Below are positions 39,353-49,154 of a stretch of 64,000 bases of DNA, in pieces; within the stretch, counting starts at the first letter, position 1, and each line of letters opens with the position of its first letter. A program made the translations under genes and the position numbers. The DNA comes from Planctomycetota bacterium. GTDB taxonomy: Bacteria > Planctomycetota > Planctomycetia > Pirellulales > Lacipirellulaceae. The stretch covers positions 8,978 to 72,977 of the forward strand of contig JBCCXZ010000012.1 of the NCBI GenBank assembly GCA_039190745.1, read 5' to 3'. Below the pieces are notes generated by a model that saw nothing but the letters and a program-made list of their open reading frames with translations, searched no databases and was not told where the DNA came from.

Positions 39353-39738
39353 CGTTGACAGTCCTTTCTCAGTGCCCTGCATTGTTGATGAGACAGCAGC
39401 GCTGATCGCCGCGCGCCCCCGACGTCACGCCCGGGCGGGCATTGCCAGCTGAAGATTTGAGATCGTTGGAGAAGAAACTACCGCGTCTTGAAAAGCCGTC
39501 CGTGTCGAGCGGCCGCACCAGTGAAGACCCTGGATCGCCGCAACGCATTTCATCCTGTCTTGCAGATGTGTATTGGGCAATCCAACTATTCCGACATCGA
39601 ATCCGTTTTTCCGCATTGCGATCGGCCCTCGTTCAACTGACCGCTTTCACCAAGGTCATTCGCGGTCCCGCCGGGGTCGACAACGCGACTCCAATCGCAG
39701 CTAGGAAGCAGGAGAACTCGGCCATGCCGCCAAGCGGT

Positions 39739-40908
39739 TCAATCGATATCGCGGAACTGTTTCCTGTATGCAGTGGCGGTCATGCCCATGTTCTTGCGGA
39801 AAACCTCGCAGAAGTACTTCGGCTCTTTGAACCCAGTCCGCAGGGCAATCCTCGAGATCGGCTGCTCGGTCTCGCACAGCAGGAGCTTCGCCCGCGTCAG
39901 CCGCACGCGAGTGATTTCCGCCTTGATTGTCCGGCCCAGCGTGGTCTTGATCCTTCGTTCGAGCGTACTGGGCGACTTGCGTGCCCGGCCGAGCACGTCC
40001 TGCACGAGGATGCCGTCGGTGGCGTTTTCTCGGATGAAACGGATGGCGGACGCCACGTCCTCGTCGTCCACCGACAGCATGTCGGTCGACTGCCGCGGCG
40101 CAACCCCGCGCGGGGGCCCCAACAACGTCGGCCCCGGGGGGACTTCCTCTCCGGCCATCATCTGCGAGAGGATCCGCGCCGCCTCGTAACCAACCCGGCT
40201 CGGGTTGACGTCGATGCTCGTCAGCGGCGGCGTGCAGAGGTTGCAGAGGTACGAGTCGTTGTCGACTCCGATAACTGCGACCTCGTCGGGAACCGAGATC
40301 CCGGCCCGCCGACAGGCGTCCAACACGTTGCGCCCGCGGTCGTCGTGGCACGTCATGACCCCAACCGGTTTGGGCAGACCCGACAGCCACTGAGCAATGC
40401 GCTGCTGCTCGGTTTCCCAATCGGTCGTCCTCACGTTCCGCGATTTACCGAGGTAAACCTCGCACTTCAGCCCGGCCTGCTGGACGCGTTCAACGAAGTA
40501 ATCGCACCTCAGGTCCTGGTTGGGGTTCTCTCCGCGCGGAGTGCCGCAGAACGCGAAGTGCGGCAGCGCACAGTCCAGCAGATGATCAAACGCAAGCTTC
40601 GAAATGGGGCGATTATCGACGCCCACAAAAGGCATCTCGAGCCCCGACAGTGCGCCCCGGACATCCACGGCAGGTATGCCGGTGCTTTGGATGATCTCGG
40701 CCATCTTGTAGTCGTTGACACGGGCGAGCAAACCATCGCCCTTCCACGTCTTGATCCAAGACGGCAACGGGTCGTCCAGCCCGTGGGGCTCTAGGAAGAT
40801 GGACCAGGGACCGTGTTGGCGATGGTACCGAGAGACCCCGCGCAACAGGCCACGCGCGTACTCGCGGGAGGTCTCAATAATCAACGCAACTTTGAGCAAG
40901 TCTGCCAT
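39739..40908 (-). CDS. XylR-type regulator (periplasmic-binding-like domain plus AraC HTH)
   Basis: VALIIETSREYARGLLRG; VPDEVAVIGVDND; C-terminal GF..PKYFCEVFRKNMGMT. Confidence 0.9.
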   Translation of the reverse strand: MADLLKVALIIETSREYARGLLRGVSRYHRQHGPWSIFLEPHGLDDPLPSWIKTWKGDGLLARVNDYKMAEIIQSTGIPAVDVRGALSGLEMPFVGVDNRPISKLAFDHLLDCALPHFAFCGTPRGENPNQDLRCDYFVERVQQAGLKCEVYLGKSRNVRTTDWETEQQRIAQWLSGLPKPVGVMTCHDDRGRNVLDACRRAGISVPDEVAVIGVDNDSYLCNLCTPPLTSIDVNPSRVGYEAARILSQMMAGEEVPPGPTLLGPPRGVAPRQSTDMLSVDDEDVASAIRFIRENATDGILVQDVLGRARKSPSTLERRIKTTLGRTIKAEITRVRLTRAKLLLCETEQPISRIALRTGFKEPKYFCEVFRKNMGMTATAYRKQFRDID

Positions 40909-41003
40909 GGCGGAAGAGGTGTGCTGACTGCCTAACGAGAAGAGCTCGGCCACTGAAATGTGCGACCGCGGGAACAAGATAATCGGAATCGAATTCCCCC
41001 TGA

Positions 41004-41033
41004 AATCCGATTATAGAGAATAAGAATCCGATT
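41004..41033. promoter_or_regulatory. AATCCGATT direct repeat at 21-bp spacing (AraC/XylR-type site candidate)
   Basis: AATCCGATT at 41004 and 41025, in the divergent intergenic region. Confidence 0.45.
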
Positions 41034-41281
41034 TTACGTCAAATTAATGACGGCCGTCCGCTTGTGCTTTTCGCTAATCAAGTGTGCATCTGCCATCCGC
41101 GGCGACGAGAAAGTGGAATCGGAATCCAGCTAATTGGATTGCCCGTTGCGAAGCTCCGGAAGACGATGGATACGCGGTCGGGGACCTTCGGGAGCGCCTA
41201 ACACGTCGCCCGAATGGATGTCTTTTGGTCCGCACAAGGCGTTCGACGCCGCTCTTCTTTTGGACCTCATCGCTTCGCCTT

Positions 41282-44185
41282 ATGGATCGCCCTAATCTCA
41301 TGGTTGGGTTGTGTAGGAACCCTGTCTGGTCCGCCCTTGTGTTGGTGAGTTCGCTAACCACGCCGGCGGTGGCCGTGGAGAGTGCGTGGGTGACCACGGG
41401 CGCGACGGGGCGTCTGGTCTACACGCCCGACGCAGAGGGCGACCGCGTGCTCGACTTCTCCGACGTGGGCTACATGGGCGTCGGCATAGAGGCCATCCCC
41501 AGCACGGTCGCCAACGCCGTGACCATCAGCCCGGTTTCGGGAGACGATACCGTCAGCATCCAGACGGCAATCAATCAAGTCTCAGCACTCCCGATCGGCC
41601 CCGACGGCTACCGCGGAGCGGTCCTCTTACAGCCGGGCACCTACGACATCAACACGCAGCTGCGCATCGAGGCCAGCGGCGTCGTGCTCCGTGGCTCGGG
41701 GCAGGACCTCGGAGGGAGCATCCTCAAAGGTCGGAACGCCGGCCCCAACGGAACCAACCAGCGCCAGTTGATTGAAGTCCTTGGCTCCGGCAGCCGCAGC
41801 AACATCGGGTCGACGCGGAACCTCATCGACAAAGTCGTGCCGGTCGGGTCGCGGAGCTTTCGCGTGGATGTCCCGGGCGAGTTCTCCGTAGGCGACACCG
41901 TCCGCATCGAGCGGCCCAGCACGCAGGCCTGGATCAACGCCCTCGGCATGGACAACCCGCCCAACGGCGACCCTCCCTGGCAGCCCGGCACCATGAACGT
42001 GCGGTACGACCGCGTCGTAACGCGCGTGGAGGGCGACCGCGTGTTCGTCGACGCCCCGCTCGCAACCGCGTTCGAGCAGCAGTACGGCGGCGGCACAATC
42101 CGCCGCTACAACTGGAATGGAGCGATCGAGAACGTCGGCATCGAGAACCTGCGCGGCGACTCCGACTTCGATTCCCCGACCGACGAAGACCACGCCTGGG
42201 AGTTCATCTCTATCGGAGCCGGCCAGAACAGCGACCGCGCCCAGAACGTCTGGGTGCGGGACGTCACGGCCCTCCACTTCGGCGACTCCGCCGTCGTCGC
42301 CAACCCCAGCGCTAAGTGGGTCACGGTCGACAACGCCACCAGCCTCGAGCCGGTAAGCCAGATCACCGGCAGCCGCCGGTACACGTACGACTTGAGCGGA
42401 GAACTCGGCTTCGTGACAAATTCCTCGGCGGACGAGGGCCGCCACGACTTCGTCAACAACAGCACGAGACCGCCCGGGCCGAATGTCTTCCACAACTCGA
42501 TCGCCACCAACGCCAACAGCGACACAGGCCCCCACCAGCGTTGGGCCAGCGGCACGCTCTTCGACAACATCACGGTCGAGGGCAACGCCATCAACGCACG
42601 CAACCGCGGCAGCTTCGGCACCACCCACGGCTGGTCGGGAGCCAACATGGTCATCTGGAACTCCACCGCAGACAGCTACCGCGTCCAGAACCCGCCGACG
42701 GCCCAGAATTGGCTCGTTGGCTCTACGGGCACAATCGTGGAGGACACCACGTTCGGCCCGCAGCCCTCCGGGAACTACGACGCGCACAGCACGCCCGTCA
42801 CGACCGGCGGAACCAACAGCCTCTACGAAGCACAACGCAACGACGCCCGCGACCTCAGGGTCTTCCGCTGGGTCGGCACAAACGATGATTGGACCGATGC
42901 GTCCGGCTGGGATCAGGCCGCTACGCCGGGCGTCTACGCGGTCTCCATGAGAGACTACCTCATCGGCGACGTCGACGATTACACCTTCGACGGGCCCGGC
43001 AGCGACGACGACCTGTTCGTCGACCCCGCCTGGGAGGCGTACATCCTCGGCTCGTCGTCGCATCCCATCGTCGGGCACGACACCGTGACCACGAATCAGA
43101 ACGTCGCCTTCACCATCCAGACGCAGGTCGACCCCGGCGAACAAGTCGTCCACGCCACCCTCGCGCTGGCGATGAAGCAGTCCGGCGGCGACGTCGCAAG
43201 CGACTTCGTACGCGTGATCGACAACTCCCTCTCGAACCGGTTCGACTTCGACGACCTCGGCTGGGACGCCCAGATCAACCCGACCAACACCTTCGTCGGC
43301 GTGCTCGACCTCGGCGGATCGCTCCCGGGCCTCCAGTCCGGCTCGGTCAATGTGCAGGTCAACGACGACACAGCCGTCGAGTGGGCCCTGTACACCGCAA
43401 CTGTTGCGACGCCCAAGGCAGACCCCGACGGAGCCGATGTGTTCCTAGACGCCGGGGGCGTCACGGGGCTGAACGCGGCGTTGCCGGCCATCCAGAGCCT
43501 CACAATCGGCGGGGCCGGCGCCGGCGAGCTCGACATGGGCTTTGCCGGCAGCCTCGAAATCAACGGCGACTTCTCTCAAGCAGCCAACGGCACGCTCGGC
43601 GTCGAGCTGCTCACCACGATCCCGACCGGCTTCAGCTCCATCCAGGTCGACGGGCAGGTTACCCTCGCCGGGGTGCTCGAGGTCTCGCTTGGCGACCTCG
43701 GCGGCTCGCCGCTCTCACCCGCCGCGGGCGACGCCTTCGAGTTGATCACTTCCGACAGCCTCACCGGGCAGTTCGATACGCTCGCCCTGCCCTCATTGGC
43801 CGACGGCCTGACCTGGGGCATCGACTACGCCAACGACGACGTCACCCTCGGGGTCTTCTACCAGGGAGACTTCGACGAAGACGGCGACGTCGACGCGAAC
43901 GACCTGGCCCTTTGGCAGGCCGGCTTCGGGCTCGCCGGCGCCGGTGTCGGTCACTCCGACGGCGACGCCGACGGCGACGGCGACGTCGACCTGGCCGACA
44001 TCGCCGTGTGGCAGCAACAGTTCGGCAACGCCGCCGTGGTCGCGGCGTCGTACGCGGTCCCCGAGCCCGCGACGGCCTTAGCCCTTGCCGCTTTCTCTCT
44101 GACAATCACCGGCCGCGTGACGCGGCGACGCCCCCTCACCCCCCACTCGGCCAACACTCGCACAGGACCAGGATGCACGCACTAG
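41282..44185 (+). CDS. Pectate-lyase-like beta-helix protein with Ca-binding repeats and PEP-CTERM
   Basis: DFSDVGYMG, IQTAIN..GAVLLQPGTY, SGVVLRGSG, GRHDF, GPHQRWASG; VPEP tail. Start uncertain. Confidence 0.75.
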   Translation: MDRPNLMVGLCRNPVWSALVLVSSLTTPAVAVESAWVTTGATGRLVYTPDAEGDRVLDFSDVGYMGVGIEAIPSTVANAVTISPVSGDDTVSIQTAINQVSALPIGPDGYRGAVLLQPGTYDINTQLRIEASGVVLRGSGQDLGGSILKGRNAGPNGTNQRQLIEVLGSGSRSNIGSTRNLIDKVVPVGSRSFRVDVPGEFSVGDTVRIERPSTQAWINALGMDNPPNGDPPWQPGTMNVRYDRVVTRVEGDRVFVDAPLATAFEQQYGGGTIRRYNWNGAIENVGIENLRGDSDFDSPTDEDHAWEFISIGAGQNSDRAQNVWVRDVTALHFGDSAVVANPSAKWVTVDNATSLEPVSQITGSRRYTYDLSGELGFVTNSSADEGRHDFVNNSTRPPGPNVFHNSIATNANSDTGPHQRWASGTLFDNITVEGNAINARNRGSFGTTHGWSGANMVIWNSTADSYRVQNPPTAQNWLVGSTGTIVEDTTFGPQPSGNYDAHSTPVTTGGTNSLYEAQRNDARDLRVFRWVGTNDDWTDASGWDQAATPGVYAVSMRDYLIGDVDDYTFDGPGSDDDLFVDPAWEAYILGSSSHPIVGHDTVTTNQNVAFTIQTQVDPGEQVVHATLALAMKQSGGDVASDFVRVIDNSLSNRFDFDDLGWDAQINPTNTFVGVLDLGGSLPGLQSGSVNVQVNDDTAVEWALYTATVATPKADPDGADVFLDAGGVTGLNAALPAIQSLTIGGAGAGELDMGFAGSLEINGDFSQAANGTLGVELLTTIPTGFSSIQVDGQVTLAGVLEVSLGDLGGSPLSPAAGDAFELITSDSLTGQFDTLALPSLADGLTWGIDYANDDVTLGVFYQGDFDEDGDVDANDLALWQAGFGLAGAGVGHSDGDADGDGDVDLADIAVWQQQFGNAAVVAASYAVPEPATALALAAFSLTITGRVTRRRPLTPHSANTRTGPGCTH

Positions 44186-45084
44186 ACCGACGCAACTTCC
44201 TCCAGCACGCCGCCACCGCGGCCTCGGTCGGCTTGGCGGGAGGGAAGATCGCCCGCGCCGCCGGGGGACACTCCTCCGGGGGGCACGCAGGCTTCGAGAT
44301 CTGCGCCTTCGAGAAGTTCCTCCAAGACCTCAGCTTCGACGAGTTGGCCGACACGATCCAGTCGCTCGGCTTCAGCGGCATCGAAGCCACCGTCCGCAAC
44401 AAGGGGCACATCCAGCCCGAACGCGTCGAGGAAGAGCTCCCCAAGATGGTCGAGGCGCTCCAGCAGCGCGGCCTCGAGGTCACGATCATGACCTCCGATG
44501 TGCTCAGCCCCGACCAACCGCTCACCGAGAAGGTGCTCCGCACCGCTGCTTCGCTCGGCATCAAACGCTACCGGATGGGCTTCTACTTCTACGACCTGAA
44601 GAAACCTGTCATGGAGCAGCTCGACGCCATCCGCCCCGCGGTCAAAGAGCTCGCTGCGATGAACCGCGAGATCGGCGTCAGCGCCCTCTACCAGAACCAC
44701 TCCGACGCCAAGTTTGTGGGCGCAACGCTCTGGGACCTGCACCGGCTGCTCGAGGGCGTTTCCCCAGACGAGATCGCCTGCGCGTTCGACATCCGTCACA
44801 CAACGATCGAAGCCGGCCTCGCTTGGCCCATCCTCTACGACATCATGAAGCCGCACATCGGTGCATTGTTCGTGAAAGACTTCCAGTGGAAGGGGAAGAA
44901 GGCCCAGCACGTGCCGCTCGGCACGGGCCGGGTGAACCCCGACTTCTTCAAGACCGTGCAACAGGACGGCTTCAACAAGCCCATCTCTCTGCACGTGGAG
45001 TACCTCAAGAAGGAAGGCACGCAGGCCAACATCGACGCCCTCCGCAGAGACATGGCCGTGCTCCAAGACTGGCTCAAGGCCTAA
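44173..45084 (+). CDS. Tat-exported sugar phosphate isomerase/epimerase (xylose isomerase-like TIM barrel)
   Basis: DRRNFL; YQNH, FDIRH, VKDF, LHVEY; ATG at 44173. Confidence 0.85.
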   Translation: MHALDRRNFLQHAATAASVGLAGGKIARAAGGHSSGGHAGFEICAFEKFLQDLSFDELADTIQSLGFSGIEATVRNKGHIQPERVEEELPKMVEALQQRGLEVTIMTSDVLSPDQPLTEKVLRTAASLGIKRYRMGFYFYDLKKPVMEQLDAIRPAVKELAAMNREIGVSALYQNHSDAKFVGATLWDLHRLLEGVSPDEIACAFDIRHTTIEAGLAWPILYDIMKPHIGALFVKDFQWKGKKAQHVPLGTGRVNPDFFKTVQQDGFNKPISLHVEYLKKEGTQANIDALRRDMAVLQDWLKA

Positions 45085-45103
45085 GCAAGGAAAGCAACCC
45101 AAC

Positions 45104-45856
45104 GTGGATCTCCAAGGCAAGCGGGCTCTCATCACCGGCGGCACCAAAGGCATCGGCGCCGCCGTCGCGCTCGACCTGGCCAGCGGCGGCGCACAGGTCG
45201 CCGTCAACGCCAGGAACCAGGACGAGTCGTTCAACGCCCTCAAGGGGCAGATCGAGAAGCTCGGGCAGGCGTGCCACTTCATCCCCGGCGACATGGCCGA
45301 GCCCGAGCAGGTCGAGCGGTGTGTTGCGCAGGCTGCCGAAGCGCTCGGCGGCCTCGATATCGTCATCCACTCCGCGGGGGGCCCTTCCGGCGGCAGCATT
45401 GAAAACGTTTCCACCGAGCAGTGGAACCAGACCTTCGCGGTGCACGTCGACGCCGCGTTCCACCTCTGCCGACACGCATTGCCGCACCTGCGAAAGAACA
45501 GCGAGGGGGCCATCCTCCTCATCTCGTCCGCCGCCGGCATCCGCGGCTGCCCCGGCGCGATCACCTACGGGACCGTAAAGGGAGCCGTGCTGCAGTTCAC
45601 CAGAGCCCTGGCACGCGACGTGGCCGACGACAACATCCGTGTAAACTGCGTCGCCCCCGGCATCATCCGCACCCGCTTCCACGACGCGATGAGCGCCGAG
45701 CAACAAGAACACAACCTCGCCAACCGCATTCCGCTCCACCGAGAGGGGACCGTCGAAGACGTGGCCCAGGTCGTGCGCTTGCTCGTGACCAACGAATTCA
45801 TGACCGGCGAAACGGTCGTCGTCGACGGCGGCATGACGATGCAGATCGTGCGGTAG
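45104..45856 (+). CDS. Short-chain dehydrogenase/reductase
   Basis: TGGTKGIG, YGTVK, VNCVAPG. Confidence 0.92.
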   Translation: MDLQGKRALITGGTKGIGAAVALDLASGGAQVAVNARNQDESFNALKGQIEKLGQACHFIPGDMAEPEQVERCVAQAAEALGGLDIVIHSAGGPSGGSIENVSTEQWNQTFAVHVDAAFHLCRHALPHLRKNSEGAILLISSAAGIRGCPGAITYGTVKGAVLQFTRALARDVADDNIRVNCVAPGIIRTRFHDAMSAEQQEHNLANRIPLHREGTVEDVAQVVRLLVTNEFMTGETVVVDGGMTMQIVR

Positions 45857-45932
45857 AACGGCTCTTCTTGCTCCTCATCCTTGGCGCCCGCTCCGGCGCA
45901 GCTAGCCCCTCCGCCCCTCAGGAGGCAACGCC

Positions 45933-47636
45933 TTGCCCAATACCGACGAACGGACCGCCGCGGACCGCCAACTCCTCATCGACGCCGGCCAGCGGGGCAG
46001 AATCGCCACCCTGGGGGCCTACGCCAAGCTCTCCGGCCCCGGTTGGCTGCAGAGCGCGCTAACCCTCGGCGGTGGCTCGCTCGGCAGCAGCCTCTACCTG
46101 GGCATCCTCGGCGGGACCACGCTCCTGTGGCTGCAGCCGTTCGCGATGATCCTCGGCGTCATCATGATGAGCGCCATCAGCTACGTCGCCCTCTCCACGG
46201 GCCGCCGGCCTTTCCGCGCGATCAACGAGCATTTCAACCCCGTCCTGGGGTGGTCGTGGCTCGCCGCGACGCTGATCGCCAACATGGTCTGGTCGCTCCC
46301 GCAGTACTCGCTCTGCTTCGCGGTCTGCGAGCAGAACTTCTTCCCCGGCCTGTTTACCGGCGACGGGCCGCTGGCCCCGGGCGAGGCCGGCAGCGACCTC
46401 GGCAAGTGGGTCGTCTCGCTCGCCGTGCTCGCCCTCTGCACCCTCGTCACGTGGAGCTACGGCAGCGGCAGCTGGGGCGTCAAGCTCTACGACCTGATGC
46501 TTAAGCTCGTCGTCGCGTTAATCGTCGCCAGCTTCGTCGGCGTGGTCGTGCGGATGTCGTTCATCTCGCCCGGCATCGACTGGGCCGCCGTCCTCCGCGG
46601 CTTCCTGCCCGACCCCAAACAGCTCTCCGAGCCCGCGGCCAGCTTCGGGCCGCTGCTAGAAACCATCGCCGACCCCGCCGCCCGATCCTACTGGAGCGAC
46701 CTGATCGTCAGCCAGCAGCGAGACGTGATGCTCAGCGCCGGCGCCGCGGCCGTGGGGATCAACATGACCTTCCTGCTGCCCTACGCCCTGCTCTCCCGAG
46801 GCTGGGACATAACCTTCCGCGGCCTCACGATCTTCGACCTCTGCACGGGCACCTTTATCCCCTTCGTGCTCGCCACCTGCTGCATCGTGATCGCTTCCGC
46901 CGTGCAGTTCCACGCACAGCTGCCGACCGGTTTTGAGGTCAGCGGACTGGGCGCCCAGCCGCCGGAGCATTTCGCCGCGGAGTTCGACAAGATGGTGGAT
47001 GCCCGGGGCGAGGCCCTGGGCCCGGGCGCCGCCGCCGTCTCGGTGGCAGAGCAGAAGCTCGCCGGCGTGCTCGTGCGCCGCGACACCTTCGACCTGGCTC
47101 AGTCGCTCGAGTCGCTGTTCGCCGACGAGAACGGAGAGGGCGGCGGCTTCTTCGCAAACGTCATCTTCGGCGCCGGCGTGGTCGGCATGACGCTCTCGTC
47201 GATCTCGTTGATGATGCTGATCTCCGGCTTCGTCGTCTGCGAGGTGCTCGACCGCCCCCCCACCGGCTGGGTCTTCCGCCTCGGCTGCATGGTCTCCGCC
47301 ACCGGCGTCCTCTGGCCGCTGGTCTGGTCTGGCGGCGCCAAAGCCTACCTGACGATCGTCGCCGGCGTCTTCGGCTCGATGCTCATCCCGATCGCCTACG
47401 TCACCTTCCTGGTGATCATGAACCAGAAGTCGCTCCTGCAAGACGAGCTGCCCGCCGGCTGGAAACGGGTCGCCTGGAACGTGCTGATGACGATCGCCGC
47501 GGTAGCCGCCTCCGCGGCCGGCGTGTCGGCGGTCATGAAGCGGATGGGCAACGCGGGCCTGGTCGTCGTCGGTTGTTACCTGGCACTCGTCATCGCCGTG
47601 CAACTCTCGAAGGAGCGGCGCCCGGAGTCCGCCTAG
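45933..47636 (+). CDS. NRAMP-related (APC-fold) transporter lacking the DPGN motif
   Basis: GPGWLQSALTLGGGS; ~11 TM segments. Confidence 0.7.
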   Translation: MPNTDERTAADRQLLIDAGQRGRIATLGAYAKLSGPGWLQSALTLGGGSLGSSLYLGILGGTTLLWLQPFAMILGVIMMSAISYVALSTGRRPFRAINEHFNPVLGWSWLAATLIANMVWSLPQYSLCFAVCEQNFFPGLFTGDGPLAPGEAGSDLGKWVVSLAVLALCTLVTWSYGSGSWGVKLYDLMLKLVVALIVASFVGVVVRMSFISPGIDWAAVLRGFLPDPKQLSEPAASFGPLLETIADPAARSYWSDLIVSQQRDVMLSAGAAAVGINMTFLLPYALLSRGWDITFRGLTIFDLCTGTFIPFVLATCCIVIASAVQFHAQLPTGFEVSGLGAQPPEHFAAEFDKMVDARGEALGPGAAAVSVAEQKLAGVLVRRDTFDLAQSLESLFADENGEGGGFFANVIFGAGVVGMTLSSISLMMLISGFVVCEVLDRPPTGWVFRLGCMVSATGVLWPLVWSGGAKAYLTIVAGVFGSMLIPIAYVTFLVIMNQKSLLQDELPAGWKRVAWNVLMTIAAVAASAAGVSAVMKRMGNAGLVVVGCYLALVIAVQLSKERRPESA

Positions 47637-47811
47637 AGGGCCGTCCCGTGGAACCGCCGCCCGGGCGTGCCTTTGTTCCTCTATCTCCCACCAACTGCTA
47701 CTGCCCGCCCGGAAGCCAATGGTTCGCCAACTAAAAACAGGCTCTTGAGCAGCCAGAGGGCGGCCGCCCAAGAGCCCGTGCAAGGCTCGTAAGCTTCTCA
47801 ACCAATCGCCG

Positions 47812-48750
47812 CTAGCGGCGTAGACGCAGAGGCGCCACGGCCAACCCAACGAGCAGCAGCACCGCAGTCGTCGGCTCCGGAACAAACGTCCGGACGACGA
47901 CGTTCGTCAGCGTGATGCCATTGTCAGGGTCGCCGGCCGAGTTCGTCGAACCAAAGGTGTTACTATTCACCCAGACGCCGAACATCCCGAAGTTGTTGCC
48001 TTGGCCGTTAGTGTCCGAGGCGCTGTCGATACGTGCTTCTTCATCCAGCAAGGCGCCGCCCGCTTCGCTCATGCTGCTGAAGACGACCATCTCGTCGACC
48101 GAAGTCCGGAGGACAGAGAATACGCCCACGTAGTCCGTGTTGGCGGTGAACGAGTAACCGGCGTCCGGAGAGCTGCCGAGGTTGGTCCATTCGCCGGTCG
48201 TCCCCAGGAATCGGCCGTTGACGCCGTCCAGAGGGACAGGCGGGACCGTATTGTGCTCCCGGATCGAGACGTCGGCGGCCGAACCCGTATTCACGTCAAA
48301 GTCCGCCATAAATCCCGGCAAGGCGACGTACACGGGGTTGGCGGTGCTGGAGGACGAAGACAGGTCGTCCGCCAACGCCGCGTTCGTGCCGTCCATCAGG
48401 GCAACCTTCAGGGCCGTGCTCCTGTTGTTGCCGACAGTCGCCGGGGTGGTGAAGGCATACGTGACCTCGATTTTCTCGCCCACCGCTAGGTTCTGCGGTG
48501 CGAACGTCGCGTGGATACCGCGGCCGGACGTGCCGCTTCGCAGCCCGAGTCCCGTGCCGTCGATCTCGACCGAGTTGCCGCTGGTAGAGCTCGAAGACCA
48601 CCAATCGGCGTCCAGGGCGCCCGTCTTGGTGCGGTCCACGTCGGAGAAATCGTCATCGACGATCAGGGCGGCCTGAGAAACCGCAGGGCCCAGAGCGAAG
48701 AGCCCAACCGCTAAAGCCAGCAAAAGGCCTAGACTGTGAGTACGTTTCAT
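47812..48750 (-). CDS. Secreted PEP-CTERM protein
   Basis: Signal peptide; VPEPTT+TM+RLRR. Confidence 0.85.
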   Translation of the reverse strand: MKRTHSLGLLLALAVGLFALGPAVSQAALIVDDDFSDVDRTKTGALDADWWSSSSTSGNSVEIDGTGLGLRSGTSGRGIHATFAPQNLAVGEKIEVTYAFTTPATVGNNRSTALKVALMDGTNAALADDLSSSSSTANPVYVALPGFMADFDVNTGSAADVSIREHNTVPPVPLDGVNGRFLGTTGEWTNLGSSPDAGYSFTANTDYVGVFSVLRTSVDEMVVFSSMSEAGGALLDEEARIDSASDTNGQGNNFGMFGVWVNSNTFGSTNSAGDPDNGITLTNVVVRTFVPEPTTAVLLLVGLAVAPLRLRR

Positions 48751-49154
48751 TAGATGCCTTCCATTGAATGAGAAGAGAAGCCAGAGAAGTACTACTATTT
48801 GGCTTCAATGCTCCGGCACCCACAACCCTTTTTTCCGTAGTTGAATTCCGTTTTCTCGTTTGCTGGCAAGCACGCACCTCACGTCACTCAATAGGCAACG
48901 AATCGCATTGAACGCTTCCAATTCGCGCCGGAGGCCTAAACGATTGTGCGGCCACACACCACAACGTCGACCTCCGAGAAAACGCATCTCGTCGGCCACA
49001 AATTCGGCAGCTCAGACCTGATACGTCTGAGACCGCGGCGGCATGCAAGAGAACGCCCGCTGAGAGAAAGAAAAGTGCCACAGCTCCGGGGGCCGGTGGT
49101 ACCGGCCCCCGTCGCTGCTGCACTGCCTACCCAAGGCATCGTTCCAAAAGGTGG

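Noticed and set aside
33250..44030. Recurring GACGGCGACGTCGAC-type DNA repeats
   Set aside because: They encode the Ca-binding DxDGDVD motifs of PEP-CTERM proteins, not a DNA element.
42889..44172. N-terminal extension of the 731-aa isomerase ORF
   Set aside because: Off-frame read of the upstream gene; the Tat signal starts at 44173.
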